The notes: generated by a model not told the origin, from the sequence alone. DNA of 64,000 bases from Pristiophorus japonicus (GCF_044704955.1 NC_091978.1:319796001-319860000); one strand, 5' to 3'; counted from the stretch's first letter, positions 1 to 11,165 are shown. A program made the numbers and translations.

Positions 1-207
1 TTGCTATTCCAATTTGATTGCCACATTCACAGACTTAATTAAAATGTCTGCACTCCAAAAGTGACCCATAGGTTGTGAAGCTCTTTTGGGACACTTCAAG
101 GACTTGATAAGGTACTATATTAATGCAAGTCTTTCTTTCTACGAGGGAAATAACTTGCCCTAAAGGATGAGGACTGGGGGAATGCTAAACATAAATCAAA
201 AACCAGT

Positions 208-863
208 GGGCCAAAAATTGCGGTTGGAGATGACCTGAGGAAGAATTACGAACCTACCTGCTGACGGCAAGGCTGCGAGGTGGAGGGCAACGTAATGGCC
301 CAGGTGGTGTGGAAAAGTTCCTGGGATCACGTGGGCCTAGTCCTCCAATCACAAAGCAGAGTTCCATTTTAATAATTTCTTAAGGAAATCCCGTAATGAG
401 GTGTATTGGAATCCCGAAATCTAATTATAGTTTGCAGAATTGGTGTTTTATTCGTAATTATCTTCATTCCGCCAACCTCATAAAAAATTTAATTTTTTGA
501 TCATTTTAGACATCATTAAAACTGTGATCCAGGCCAATATTTGCAGAAACTCAAATAGTGTATGTGTATAATTTACAATTGAAAATATTTAATTAATGTC
601 CTAGATATCCACTTACGCTGATGCAAACAGGCCCTGCGTCTGCTTGCATCAACCATAACATTTCCGTGTGCAATTGCTGGCCAGTCGATGGGCAAATAGT
701 CCAACTCTGCGCCAGCGATTGCTTTTTCGTGGCCCGCATCCGTTGACAGACCGCAAGTTCCAGATTTCACACATGCGGAAATCCCGAACTTGTGGTGGAT
801 TTCAAAGGATGTATAGCGGTGTACTCCGAGTACACCACCATTTCGACTGAAAATTCTGGGCCC
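208..863. mobile_element. Harbinger-type MITE (non-autonomous DNA element)
   Basis: Starts GGGCCAAAAATT and ends AAATTCTGGGCCC (imperfect TIRs of the GGGC..AAATT type seen repeatedly in this window); no coding capacity. Confidence 0.45.
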
Positions 864-897
864 GTATTTATAAGAAGTATAAAGCATTATCTGATGG

Positions 898-1258
898 ATC
901 GCTTCTCGGCCTTTTGGCTAAGATCATGCGTAACTGACCTGACAGGGGAGTAACCATGACCCCAACGTGGTTCTCCCTGGATCAGGAAGGTGGTTCTCCT
1001 ATGCTTTTTGGAAATAGGAGGTGGGTGGGGTGGCTTGACCCATCCACCTCCACGGAGGTGTGTGGGGGGGCCTGACCCATCCACCTCCATGGCACGAACC
1101 TGGTATTGCAGTACTTCCAGGAACGGTGCAGTGGCTCTCGGCCTTTTGGCTAAGAGCATTAGCGCAGGGTGATCCTTGATGTGTGCAAGGTGACCTCTGG
1201 CGTTTGTGATCTGACAAAAAATTGGAAAGATTGGCTTCAAAAAAATTAAATAAAAAAA
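898..1258 (+). mobile_element. snRNA-derived chimeric retroposon (U2/U1 mosaic, SINEU-like) with A-rich tail and TSD
   Basis: 898-926 = U2 nt 1-29 (ATCGCTTCTCGGCCTTTTGGCTAAGATCA); 931-1000 U1-like; 1005-1130 U2 3' half incl. CCTGGTATTGCAGTACTTCCAGGAACGGTGCA; A-rich tail ~1238-1258; direct repeat ATAAAGCATTATCTGATGG at 879-897 and 1259-1277. Confidence 0.9.
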
Positions 1259-1839
1259 ATAAAGCATTATCTGATGGGGTACATTTCATGATGGCACTTC
1301 CCTTTAACTTGGCACCTTTGTTAGTAATGTCCACCTTGAAGCACATTTTGAGAAGATGTGTTGTACTTGATTCAGTTTACCTAGATATAAACTCTGAATT
1401 TATTTGTGGAAATGCTCACAAAACTGAAGAGAAAAAAGAACCTTTGGGCTTGGATTTCTTAACTTTTATTCAGGAAATGTGACATCCCTTTTACTCCTGA
1501 GAATTGCAGGAATCTTTATTACTTTTAAATGAGAATCATCTGATTTGGCCCAATGTGTAGAGGGGGTTAAACCGGGAAACTTTCTCCACTAATATGATTT
1601 TTGTTTTGTTGTGAATGTGGCAGCGATAACCGAACATAACTCCCTTTGCTAAAGAGCTTGGAACGTCTTGTGGCACTAACTGAGGTTAGTTAATACAAAC
1701 TGTTATATTAGCGGAAATATTGTCCAGAAACAAAGGAATAGGACTATAGGCGAAAATTATGCAACACACACGTTTTTGGTCTCAGCCCTTGTTGGCTATT
1801 GCAAGATTCAACAAAATTCACAGTTTTCAGCCGATAAAG

Positions 1840-2095
1840 TGAGTCCTAGCTAATATAACAGAATCAAGGGCCCTATCTGATTGCTATTCTATAACTGCTG
1901 GATAATGCGTGTCTGTGGATGTCAAGTGAAGACAGGATCAGACTTGATCATGATGCCCACAGCAGTCAAATATCCAGCTGACTGTCTAGGTTCACATTTT
2001 GAGAATTGTCACTTTGGTGAGTATCAGGGGGCTGGAGGTTTTTGTTGAATCATATCCTCGCATGAATCAGTGCCATCAGGAGCAGATATGGAGAA
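1840..2095 (+). repeat. Old SINE-like dispersed repeat (related copies at ~44535, ~46465, ~47680, ~51290)
   Basis: Shared degenerate motifs (CTGATTGCTAT..., GACAGGATCAGAC, CTGGAGG) with the other copies; family not identified. Confidence 0.4.
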
Positions 2096-2133
2096 AATCA
2101 AAAGAAAAAAAACAACTCAACATTAAATATAAT

Positions 2134-3257
2134 GATGCCGAATTTGCCCCCAGCTGGGTTGACAGCGCATAATTCGAATGTTTTTTTTCTGCCTGTGCGG
2201 AAAGTGCCGGGACCTGTGCATATTTGGGCTCTTGGAGTTAAAAAAAAACTTGCTGCTGCGGTAACGGAGCGTTCACGTGGCGTTTACAGCGTTGATGACG
2301 TCAGCGCGACGCAGACGTGCCGCGTCATACTGCCGCCTCACAACGTCCCTCCCCTTTTAAATGGGAGGGCCGCTGCAAACTCTGCCGCTCCTTTAGTGCG
2401 CCCACTGGGCCACCAGGCAGAGTGTCGGCCGGGGTGCGGGGCTGCATGTTGGCGGCCCAGCCACACCAGCGGCCGCCATTGTTGGGCCCACTGAAAAGTC
2501 ATCCGACAGAAAAAAGATTTCGGCCGCCGCGCTACCACCTCCCCTTTAAGGGCGGCCAGAGCGCCACAACCACCACAATTTCTCGCATTGAAAAGCTGTT
2601 GTTGGCATTGCCCCACGTCGACCTTTCTCCTTCATGGCAAATGAGCCAAAGGTGGGCAGCGGAAATGTTACAAGGGCACCCTCAAAGCCTCCCTGATAAA
2701 GTGCAACATCCCCACCGACACCTGGGAGTCCCTGGCCAAAGGCCGCCCTAAGTGGAGGAAGTGCATCCGAGAGGGCGCCAAGCACCTCGAGTCTCATCGC
2801 TGAGAACATGCAGAAAACAAGCGCAGGCAGCGGAAAGAGCGTGCGGCAAACCCCCCCCCCCGCCTCCCTTTCCCTCAATGACTATCTGTCCCACCTGTGA
2901 CAGGGACTGTTGTTCTCGTATTGGACTGTTCAGCCACCTAAAGACTCATTTTAAGAGTGGAAGCAAGTCTTCATCGATTCCGAGGGACTGCCTATGATGA
3001 TGACCTCAACCTTGTGTCCCACGGGACAATTTCCCCCGGAGAGCGCAAAGGGATTAGCGCACGGCGATGTCGTCATTGCCGTGTATGCACTATGGTAACG
3101 CACTAATCGCGGAGGGCAGCGCAAACCACATTTGGCCGGTGGAGCCCCGGGGGCAAATCCTCTCGTGCCGCTGCGCCCACACGCAAACTCATTAGCGCAC
3201 CATTAACGCTGGCCGGCGGCGCTAACTGGTACTGCGCAAAGGGGCAATTTCAGCCCC
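2134..3257. mobile_element. Harbinger-type MITE with AAT TSD, carrying an RTE insert
   Basis: Left GATGCCGAATTTGCCCC, right GGGGCAATTTCAGCCCC; AAT at 2131-2133 and 3258-3260. Confidence 0.7.
2590..3003 (+). mobile_element. RTE-clade LINE, 3' fragment
   Basis: Degenerate ORF C-terminus (GGQRK..TLKASL..CNIPTDTWE..; CPTCDRDCCSRIGLFSHLKTH zinc finger) and tail GAGGGACTGCCTATGATGATGA. Confidence 0.85.
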
Positions 3258-3794
3258 AATGTGTTTATATATAAAGTAACAAAAACAAAACTGCTATTAC
3301 AGATGGAAATGCCTAAGAATGAAGTATAATACTTTACCCCACAGAATGGAAACTTTTTTTGTTGAGAAACAAATGTGATGGGTATAGACCCATACTGCAG
3401 GGCACCACCACTGCTGAAAGAGTAAAGGAGATGCACTGGCAATTTCTTTGGGGTTCTCCTGATCAGCCGCCAGCTGGCAGAACTCCCAGGTAAACGCATA
3501 AACAGGATTTCTGCTGACGTTATGGAAGCTGATCAGGAGAACCCCTGAGGAAATTCACAGCAATGAGGTAAATTAGGAAGGAGTGATCAGCTGACATCAA
3601 ACTTAAGAGCTTGCAGAGTATAAGAGCGAAGAAAGACAGAAACAAAAGGAGGCCCTGGTAAAGAAGGAGTTAGTATAAGAGGCTCTATGATGTAGAGAGG
3701 AGGGGGACAGTATGTATTTTGGAGCTTAGAGTGAAGACAGGAAAGTGCTGAGGAGCAATGGCCATAGTAGTTTCAATAAAGTAGAGACCAGGAA

Positions 3795-4212
3795 AGTTGC
3801 AATTCAGCAGAATGATACCAGGGCTTAAAGAGTTAAATTATGAGGGCGGATGGCATAAACTTAGCTTGTATTCCCTTGAGTTTATAAGGTTATGGGGTGA
3901 TCTAATTGAGGTGTTTAAAGCATTTGATAGAGTAGATACAGAGAAGCTGTTTCCTCTGGTGGGGCAATCCAGAACCAGGATACACAATGTTAAAATTAGA
4001 GCTAGGCCATTCAGGAGTGAAATCAGGAAATGTTTTTTCAAACAAAGGGCCATTGAAACCTGGAATTTCCTCCCCCAAAAGGCATTGGATCCTGGTTCAA
4101 TTGAAATTTTCAAGACTAATTTTTGTTAGGTGAAGGTATCAAGGGCTATCAACCAAAGATGAGAATTGCGGTAGAGATCATCCATGATCTAATTGAATGG
4201 TGGAATAAGAGA
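3795..4212 (+). mobile_element. CR1 LINE 3' fragment
   Basis: ORF 3797-4129 matches the CR1 ORF2 C-terminus (LYSLE..GDLIEVFK..SRTR.H..FF.QR...WN.LP). Confidence 0.85.
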
Positions 4213-4345
4213 GCGGTTGAACAAGATGTGGGATTTAGAATTACCATTTTCTTGTATCTTATCCTGAAGTGCGAGAGAAGAGCCTCCCCAGATATGCGAG
4301 TAGTATTTAAATCATGGATGGACTTGGGCTTTATAAAGAGTTTGC

Positions 4346-5359
4346 GGCCCCGATATTTACGAGGAGGTGGAGCGGGTGCGGAGTAGTGCGGGGAAACCCG
4401 GCAAGATCGGAACACGGAGGACCTATCGAAATTAACGGCAAGACCTCATTATAATTTTTTTTCCTTCCATTTCCCATCCGGCAGCCGGTCAAATTGACAG
4501 GTTGGCTAGCTGCCGGGCGGGAAAAGCACCAGCAGAAGCCACAGCCAGGGATGGAACCTTGGGGATGGTCCATGGCATTCGGGAAGGGGGGGGAAGCGAG
4601 AGATCAGGCTTGGCGGATGGGTGGGTGGGTAGAGAGCCCATCACGAAAGGGAGGGAGCGAGAAGCCATTGCTCGAGGGAGTAGATTAGGCTTTTGGGGGG
4701 CGGGGCGGGGGGGGCGGGCGTAGAGAGGCAATCGTTGGAGGGAGGGAGTGAGAGATCAGGAATTGGGGAGGAAGAGAGACCATTGTTAGAGCGAGGGAGC
4801 GCGAGATCGAGTCTGGGGAGTGGGAGGGAATGAGATTGGGGAAGGGAGAGGCCATTGCAGGAGTGAGAGATTGATCTTGGGAGGAAGAGGGGTAGAGAGG
4901 CCATTGTTGGAATGGAGGGAGGGAGTGAGAGATCAGGGATGTGGGAGGAGACAGTTGCGAGAGGGAGGGAGAAGTGGGTGTGCGATCTGGGGTGGAGTGG
5001 GAGGCCTGCGATCACAGCAGAGCAGAGACAGAAGGCTTTCTTAAGTGGCTGGGAGCAGCCCTCCTGGCCGACGAGGAGTGCTGTAAAAGGCAGTTACCTT
5101 CATCAGCTGGCAGCTCCCGCCTCCCTTTTACTGCTGGGTTTCCCGAGCCCTGGAAAATCCAGCTATCAGTGGCTAAATTTAAGTCAGGTTGCTAATTGCA
5201 CTGTGGGAGCCTGTTTTAAATATGTTAATGAAGTACCCCGCCTCTCTCGGGCTGAACATTCGCAAGACACAAAACCCACCGCCGTAAAAACGACAGTGCT
5301 CCCTATATAAAAATGTTAGTCCTCTCCTGCCCATCCTGGCGGCGATTAATATCGAGGCC
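4346..5359. mobile_element. Harbinger-type MITE with purine-rich internal repeats
   Basis: TIRs GGCCCCGATATTTA / TTAATATCGAGGCC; internal GA-rich tandem-like units (GAGAGGCCATTG..GAGGGAG..GAGATC). Confidence 0.65.
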
Positions 5360-5690
5360 TAAGAGTTCAGAGGAGTAAACTGTTTGCTGCAAAAGAAAAA
5401 ATCTTGGAAACAGCTTTATCATGGGAAATATGGAAGTTCCATCTGAGGTCAGAAAGAAATAGTGAGGTCAAAATTGTTTGTAAACGAAGCACTAAGGATG
5501 GAGTCATAAAAGTGAAAGACAGAGGTTAAGCTCTGAATTGCAGACTAGAGGACAACAGGAGCAGCTGAATGCTTCAGACTAAGTTACAGTACTACCAACG
5601 TCTGACTTGCATGCAAAGATGACATCATCCCCCTCACACATGCACACTCTGTCTCTCACACACACATTAATTTAAATACCTGAATTCATA

Positions 5691-6293
5691 GGGGCTGAAA
5701 TTGCCCTCAGCAAGAAATTGGGGAGGGCACTTCGATTTAAGCGGAGCTGTTGGAGGCGGTATCGGAGTGGTATCGGGTCGGGAGCAAGGCGGTGTCCATC
5801 CCCATCACACTGATGCACCGCAGTGTCCCTCCCCTTCACTTAAAGGGGAGGGAGGCTGCGGGGCCTACGTGGAGCCCACTGGGCCACTAGGGAGGGGTTC
5901 GGCTGGGCCAGCGGTCCCGCACCCAAGAGGGGGTGCCGGGCGGCCTGCTGACAACCCAGCCGAACCAGCGGCCGCCATTGTCGAGCCGACTCAGCAGTCG
6001 GATGACAATTAAAACAAAATGGCGGCCGCGCCAGTGTGCCCTCCCCTTTAAGGGCAGCCGCACCATCCAGCCACTGGCATCTTCCCACCTCGTGAAGCTG
6101 TCGGGGGCACCAACTGGTGGCGGCCGCACTCCCGCGAGCAATTTCCCATGCGTGGCGGAATAGGGGTCGGCACACGTCCGACTAGGGGTCGGAGCGCCAG
6201 GTGGGGTGGAAACACGGGACACGTTGGAAATCCATTCCTGCCGCCCCCGGCTCGGAGGCAATTGCGGATGGGTCGGTCCCGCCGCCTGCCCCC
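5691..6293. mobile_element. Harbinger-type MITE, same family as 2134-3257
   Basis: Starts GGGGCTGAAATTGCCC; internal similarity to 2340-2560 (CCCACTGGGCCAC, CAGCGGCCGCCATTG, CCCCTTTAAGGGC); right end unclear. Confidence 0.6.
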
Positions 6294-7807
6294 AGTCAGA
6301 AAGGCCTTAACCTCCCTAATGTTCTGTGTGAGTTAATCTACTTCATGGTGTGATATTTTTAAAGCAATTATGTTTATAATAAGGAGTATTCCCTCAAGAA
6401 AGCGGGAAATTTACCACAGCAAAGACTTTAATCAAACAGACTTTTACTTAACCTGGTACCAATATAGCAAATCAAAATGAGCACACAAAGTAAGATATCA
6501 AATGGATTCTAAGACTTGTGTCTGTAGATTTATTGTAATAAAATTTCCCAGGGAGGATGGAAGAACACATAATTCCAATTCTGTGAACTCATGAAATCTC
6601 TAGGTATTTCCTGGGCTTTAAAAGCAAAATATTTTTGTAGTTAATTTTTTATCATTGTTTGAAACTTCTTCGATTTATGAAAATATTTTTACACCGGCCC
6701 AATTTTTGCTCGAGCCTGATCCTTTGAGCTGTTTCTGTTCTAAAGCCATTATAGTTAATGTGGCTTATAATTTGCTACTTCCATTATAGTTTAGCTTTCC
6801 TGAGAAAATTATTTTGTGTTACATCTGTAGAGTTTTATCTGGTACCTTGGCAAATGTCTTCGCAACGATCTGATGAATTGTGATAGCTACATTATTGTTA
6901 ATTGTTAACGTGCTGTTGTTGGGAAGTCTGCTTACCATCAGCTCTTTCCTACGCTCAACTTCTTTCAGGTTCACCGTTATTTGAGCCATTTTCAATTTTT
7001 CAACCATATAGTTCATCATAAAGCGCTAAATTTTCAATTGATTTCTGCATTAGTTTTGGCTCTATTTTTAGCCCCTACTACTAAAGGTTAAAGAAACTAC
7101 TGGCATTGTCTTTTCTTTATTATTGAATATAACCAAGCTATAAATTATTTTCTAGAAAATTGTGTGTAGGTACTCAGTGTAGAAACGACTGTTGGTAATA
7201 TTATTGTGTGAATGCTTAACGCATTTGTATCATATTCCTCTCTGTTATTGTAACTGAGGCATTAAACTGTTTAAAACAAATAAAATAGCATATATTAAGC
7301 AATTTGTATGAAAACATTGCTGACGATCTTTTCTACACTTCAGTATCTATACTTCAATTTTTAACGATCAATCTTTAATATAATGTGTTTCTATTTGTGG
7401 TTACTGCTTGACAATTTTAATTTAAACCAAGTATATTTTGTTGTGCAAAGTTGTTCTGTTGGAGCAGTCCAGTGATCTGCTGACCCAGTGCTTTGAGTTA
7501 CCCTGCTGTGGTTGTCGGAACTGACTCACAGCAATGCCTACCACACTAACCAACTAAACGCTGTGGGTGATGGATGAACTGTGTCACTTCCTCGGCAGAT
7601 TGTATTGTCTTAGGAAAGGAAAATCTAGGAACTGCATCTGTCTCCTGCTGTGGAAAACACGAACTGTCGAGGGACTATCCATGGAGGAGTTTCAGTTTAA
7701 AAAGCATGGATGAATCTGCTCCCATTTTGCCTGTCATTTTTGAAAGGAAGAATGTATGGAAGTAAGTGACAATGAAAATAGAAAATCCTAGATGAGCAGT
7801 TATTGGA

Positions 7808-8185
7808 ACCATAGAAGTTTCCAACACAGAATGAGGCCATTCAGTCCATTTTGTCCATGCTGACTCTCTGTTGGAACAATGCAAAACTGCCCTACACCCT
7901 TCCCGTAGCTCTATATCTTTCTTTGCTTCAAATATTAATCCAATTTTCCCTTTAAAAAAAAATGCAAATGGCTTTGCCATATCTATTCTCTGTGGCACTG
8001 CATTCCATGATCAAACAACCCTCTCTGTAGAGAAATTTCTTCTAATCTCTCTCTTTATTCTATTATTAACAATTTTAAATCGATGACCCCTTGCCACTGT
8101 TTCCCCAGCCAGAGCAAATAGCCTTTAACTATTCATACAATGAAAAGCCTTCATAATTTTAAAAACCTCTAAAATCTTCTCTGCA
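7808..8185 (-). mobile_element. CR1 LINE 3' fragment (old)
   Basis: Reverse-strand CR1 tail (CATAGAA..AGGCCATTCAG) and degenerate ORF2 C-terminus. Confidence 0.7.
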
Positions 8186-8189
8186 AGGC

Positions 8190-8860
8190 TCGGTACCAAA
8201 AAATTAAAAAGACTAATGGAATATTGACCTTTATCTCAATGGGGCTGGATTACAAAAGGGTGAGTGTTATGTTACAGTTCTGTCACGCTCTGGTTAGACC
8301 CCCATTTAGAGTACTGCGTTCAGTTCTGAGCACCTCACCTCAGGAAGGATGTATTGGCCTTGGAGGGGGAGTAGCACAGATTCACCAGAATGATAGCGGG
8401 GCTAAAATGGATAAATTATGAGGATAGATTGCATAGACTATGCTTGTATTCCCTTCAGTATAGAAAATTAAGGGGTGATCTTACTGAGGTGTTGAAGATG
8501 ATTAAAGGAATTGAAAGGGTAGATAGAGAGAAGCTACTCCTTCTGGTGAGGAAGTCCAGAACAAAAGGCCATTTCTTTCAAATTATAGCTAGGCCATTCG
8601 GGGGTGATGTCAGAAAGCATTTCTCCACACAAAGGATAGTGGAAATATGGCGCACTCTTCCTCCAAAAAGCTGTTGAGGTTTACGTCAATTAAACATTAC
8701 AAAACTGAGATTGGTAGATTTTTGTTAGGCCGTTGTATTGATGTACAGAGCCAAAGTGGATAGATGGAGTGAAGATACAGATCGACCATGATCGAATTGA
8801 ATGGCAGAACAGGCTTGAAGGGCTGAATGGCCTACCCCTGTTCCTGCGAGTTCCTGTGCT
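8190..8860 (+). mobile_element. CR1 LINE 3' fragment
   Basis: ORFs 8224-8677 match CR1 ORF2 C-terminus; 3' UTR GGGCTGAATGGCCTAC. Confidence 0.85.
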
Positions 8861-9288
8861 CCATTTGAAATAATCAAGCTAATGTAAATGAGTAACTGAT
8901 ATAGAATAAAACATTTAAGAGGATAAAATCTCCATGCATAAATCCTTTTTGTATCTTTTTCAGTGAGTGCTGTCCCTGTTAAATGAATAACTATGAAACA
9001 AGTAAAATGTTGAACTGAATTGTTAAAAGTCTGAACTTACTCATTTAAATGTTGGACAGCCTCAGTAAAGTCGATGTGTTAAGTCCTTTTTGCCAATCGA
9101 TGTCTTACGCTCTTTTTCAAGCAGTTTTGGCTGGGTGTGAAAATCACCTAATAACCAATTCAGCCGATGTTACCACGTCTTTTTCACCTCATGAGGTACT
9201 GGAGTTCAAGCACTTTTGGCAATCAGTGTGATAACCGCTTTTGTTTAGCTGTGAAAATTTCCTCATCAGGTGCTAATGCTTAAACTTT

Positions 9289-11070
9289 GTGCTGCTTATA
9301 AATTACTCATGCAAAAGTTTCTATAGGTATGTAAAGAGAAAAAGGTTGGTGAAGACAAACGTAGGTCCCCTGCAGTCAGAATCAGGGGAAGTCATAACGG
9401 GGAACAAAGAAATGGCAGACCAATTGAACAAGTACTTTGGTTCGGTATTCACTAAGGAGGATACAAACAACCTTCCGGATATAAAAGGGGTCAGAGGGTC
9501 TAGTAAGGAGGGGGAACTGAGGGAAATCTTCATTAGTCGGGAAATTGTGTTGGGGAAATTGATGGGATTGAAGGCCGATAAATCCCCAGGGCCTGATGGA
9601 CTGCATCCTAGAGTACTTAAGGAGGTGGCCTTGGAAATAGCGGATGCATTGACAGTCATTTTCCAACATTCCATTGACTCTGGATCAGTTCCTATGGAGT
9701 GGAGGGTAGCCAATGTAACCCCACTTTTTAAAAAAGGAGGGAGAGAGAAAACAGGGAATTATAGACCGGTCAGCCTGACCTCAGTAGTGGGTAAAATGAT
9801 GGAATCAATTATTAAAGATGTCATAGCAGTGCATCTGGAAAATGGTGACATGATAGGTCCAAGTCAGCATGGATTTGTGAAAGGGAAATCATGCTTGACA
9901 AATCTTCTGGAATTTTTTGAGGATGTTTCCAGTAAAGTGGACAAAGGAGAACCAGTTGATGTGGTATATTTGGACTTTCAGAAGGCTTTCGACAAGGTCC
10001 CACACAAGAGATTAATGTGCAAAGTTAAAGCATATGGGATTGGGGGTAGTGTGCTGACGTGGATTGAGAACTGGTTGTCAGACAGGAAGCAAAGAGTAGG
10101 AGTAAACGGGTACTTTTCAGAATGGCAGGCAGTGACTAGTGGAGTGCCGCAAGGTTCTGTGCTGGGGCCCCAGCTGTTTACATTGTACATTAATGATTTA
10201 GACAAGGGGATTAAATGCAGTATCTCCAAATTTGCGGATGATACTAAGTTGGGTGGCAGTGTGAGCTGCGAGGAGGATGCTATTAGGCTGCAGAGTGACT
10301 TGGATAGGTTAGGTGAGTGGGCAAATGCATGGCAGATGAAGTATAATGTGGATAAATGTGAGGTTATCCACTTTGGTGGTAAAAACAGAGAGACAGACTA
10401 TTATCTGAATGGTGACAGATTAGGAAAAGGGATGGTGCAACGAGACCTGGGTGTCATGGTACATCAGTCATTGAAGGTTAGCATGCAGGTACAGCAGGCG
10501 GTTAAGAAAGCAAATGGCATGTTGGCCTTCATAGCGAGGGGATTTGAATACAGGGGCAGGGAGGTGTTGCTACAGTTGTACAGGGCCTTGGTGAGGCCAC
10601 ACCTGGAGTATTGTGTACAGTTTTGGTCTCCTAACTTGAGGAAGGACATTCTTGCTATTGAGGGAGTGCAGCGAAGGTTCACCAGACTGATTCCCGGGAT
10701 GGCGGGACTGACCTATCAAGAAAGATTGGATCAACTGGGCTTGTATTCACTGGAGTTCAGAAGAATGAGAGGGGACCTCATAGAAACGTTTAAAATTCTG
10801 ACGGGTTTAGACAGGTTAGATGCAGAAAGAATGTTCCCAATGTTGGGGAAGTCCAGAACCAGGGGTCACAGTCTGAGGATAAGGGGTAAGCCATTTAGGA
10901 CCGAGATGAGGAGAAACTTCTTCACCCAGAGAGTGGTGAACCTGTGGAATTCTCTACCACAGAAAGTAGTTGAGGCCAATTCACTAAATATATTCAAAAG
11001 GGAGTTAGATGAAGTCCTTACTACTCGGGGGATCAAGGGTTATGGCGAGAAAGCAGGAAGGGGGTACTGA
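9289..11070 (+). CDS. CR1 ORF2 reverse transcriptase (N-terminally truncated, no endonuclease; listed start lies in flanking DNA)
   Basis: KSPGPDG, NYRPVSLTS, QHGF, YLDFQKAFDKV, GVPQGSVLGP, FADD motifs in one 593-aa frame. Confidence 0.9.
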   Translation: MLLINYSCKSFYRYVKRKRLVKTNVGPLQSESGEVITGNKEMADQLNKYFGSVFTKEDTNNLPDIKGVRGSSKEGELREIFISREIVLGKLMGLKADKSPGPDGLHPRVLKEVALEIADALTVIFQHSIDSGSVPMEWRVANVTPLFKKGGREKTGNYRPVSLTSVVGKMMESIIKDVIAVHLENGDMIGPSQHGFVKGKSCLTNLLEFFEDVSSKVDKGEPVDVVYLDFQKAFDKVPHKRLMCKVKAYGIGGSVLTWIENWLSDRKQRVGVNGYFSEWQAVTSGVPQGSVLGPQLFTLYINDLDKGIKCSISKFADDTKLGGSVSCEEDAIRLQSDLDRLGEWANAWQMKYNVDKCEVIHFGGKNRETDYYLNGDRLGKGMVQRDLGVMVHQSLKVSMQVQQAVKKANGMLAFIARGFEYRGREVLLQLYRALVRPHLEYCVQFWSPNLRKDILAIEGVQRRFTRLIPGMAGLTYQERLDQLGLYSLEFRRMRGDLIETFKILTGLDRLDAERMFPMLGKSRTRGHSLRIRGKPFRTEMRRNFFTQRVVNLWNSLPQKVVEANSLNIFKRELDEVLTTRGIKGYGEKAGRGY

Positions 11071-11165
11071 AGTTTCATGTTCAGCCATGAACTCATTGAA
11101 TGGCGGTGCAGGCTAGAAGGGCTGAATGGCCTGCTCCTGCACCTATTTTCTATGTTTCTATGTTT
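9309..11165 (+). mobile_element. Young 5'-truncated CR1 LINE
   Basis: Uninterrupted ORF2 RT region plus 3' UTR ending TTTTCTATGTTTCTATGTTT. Confidence 0.95.

Noticed and set aside
898-1130. Functional U2 snRNA gene
   Set aside because: Branch-point recognition region and stem II are replaced by U1-like sequence; TSD and A tail show retroposition; the upstream DNA is a MITE, not an snRNA promoter
6936-7025. Possible minus-strand 90-nt exon (RFMMNYMVEKLKMAQITVNLKEVERRKELM, followed by GTAAGC)
   Set aside because: Weak acceptor, no recognisable protein and no partner exons; needs RNA-seq or TBLASTN
7808-8860. Divergent CR1 pair as a twin-priming inversion
   Set aside because: Both pieces carry their own 3' ends and overlap in consensus position, so they are two independent fragments
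9321-10682. Antisense ORFs over CR1 (also 28922, 29653, 55496) and the many 60-150-aa ORFs in GC-rich MITEs
   Set aside because: Shadow frames of RT coding sequence or low-complexity GC-rich DNA; no independent evidence of coding
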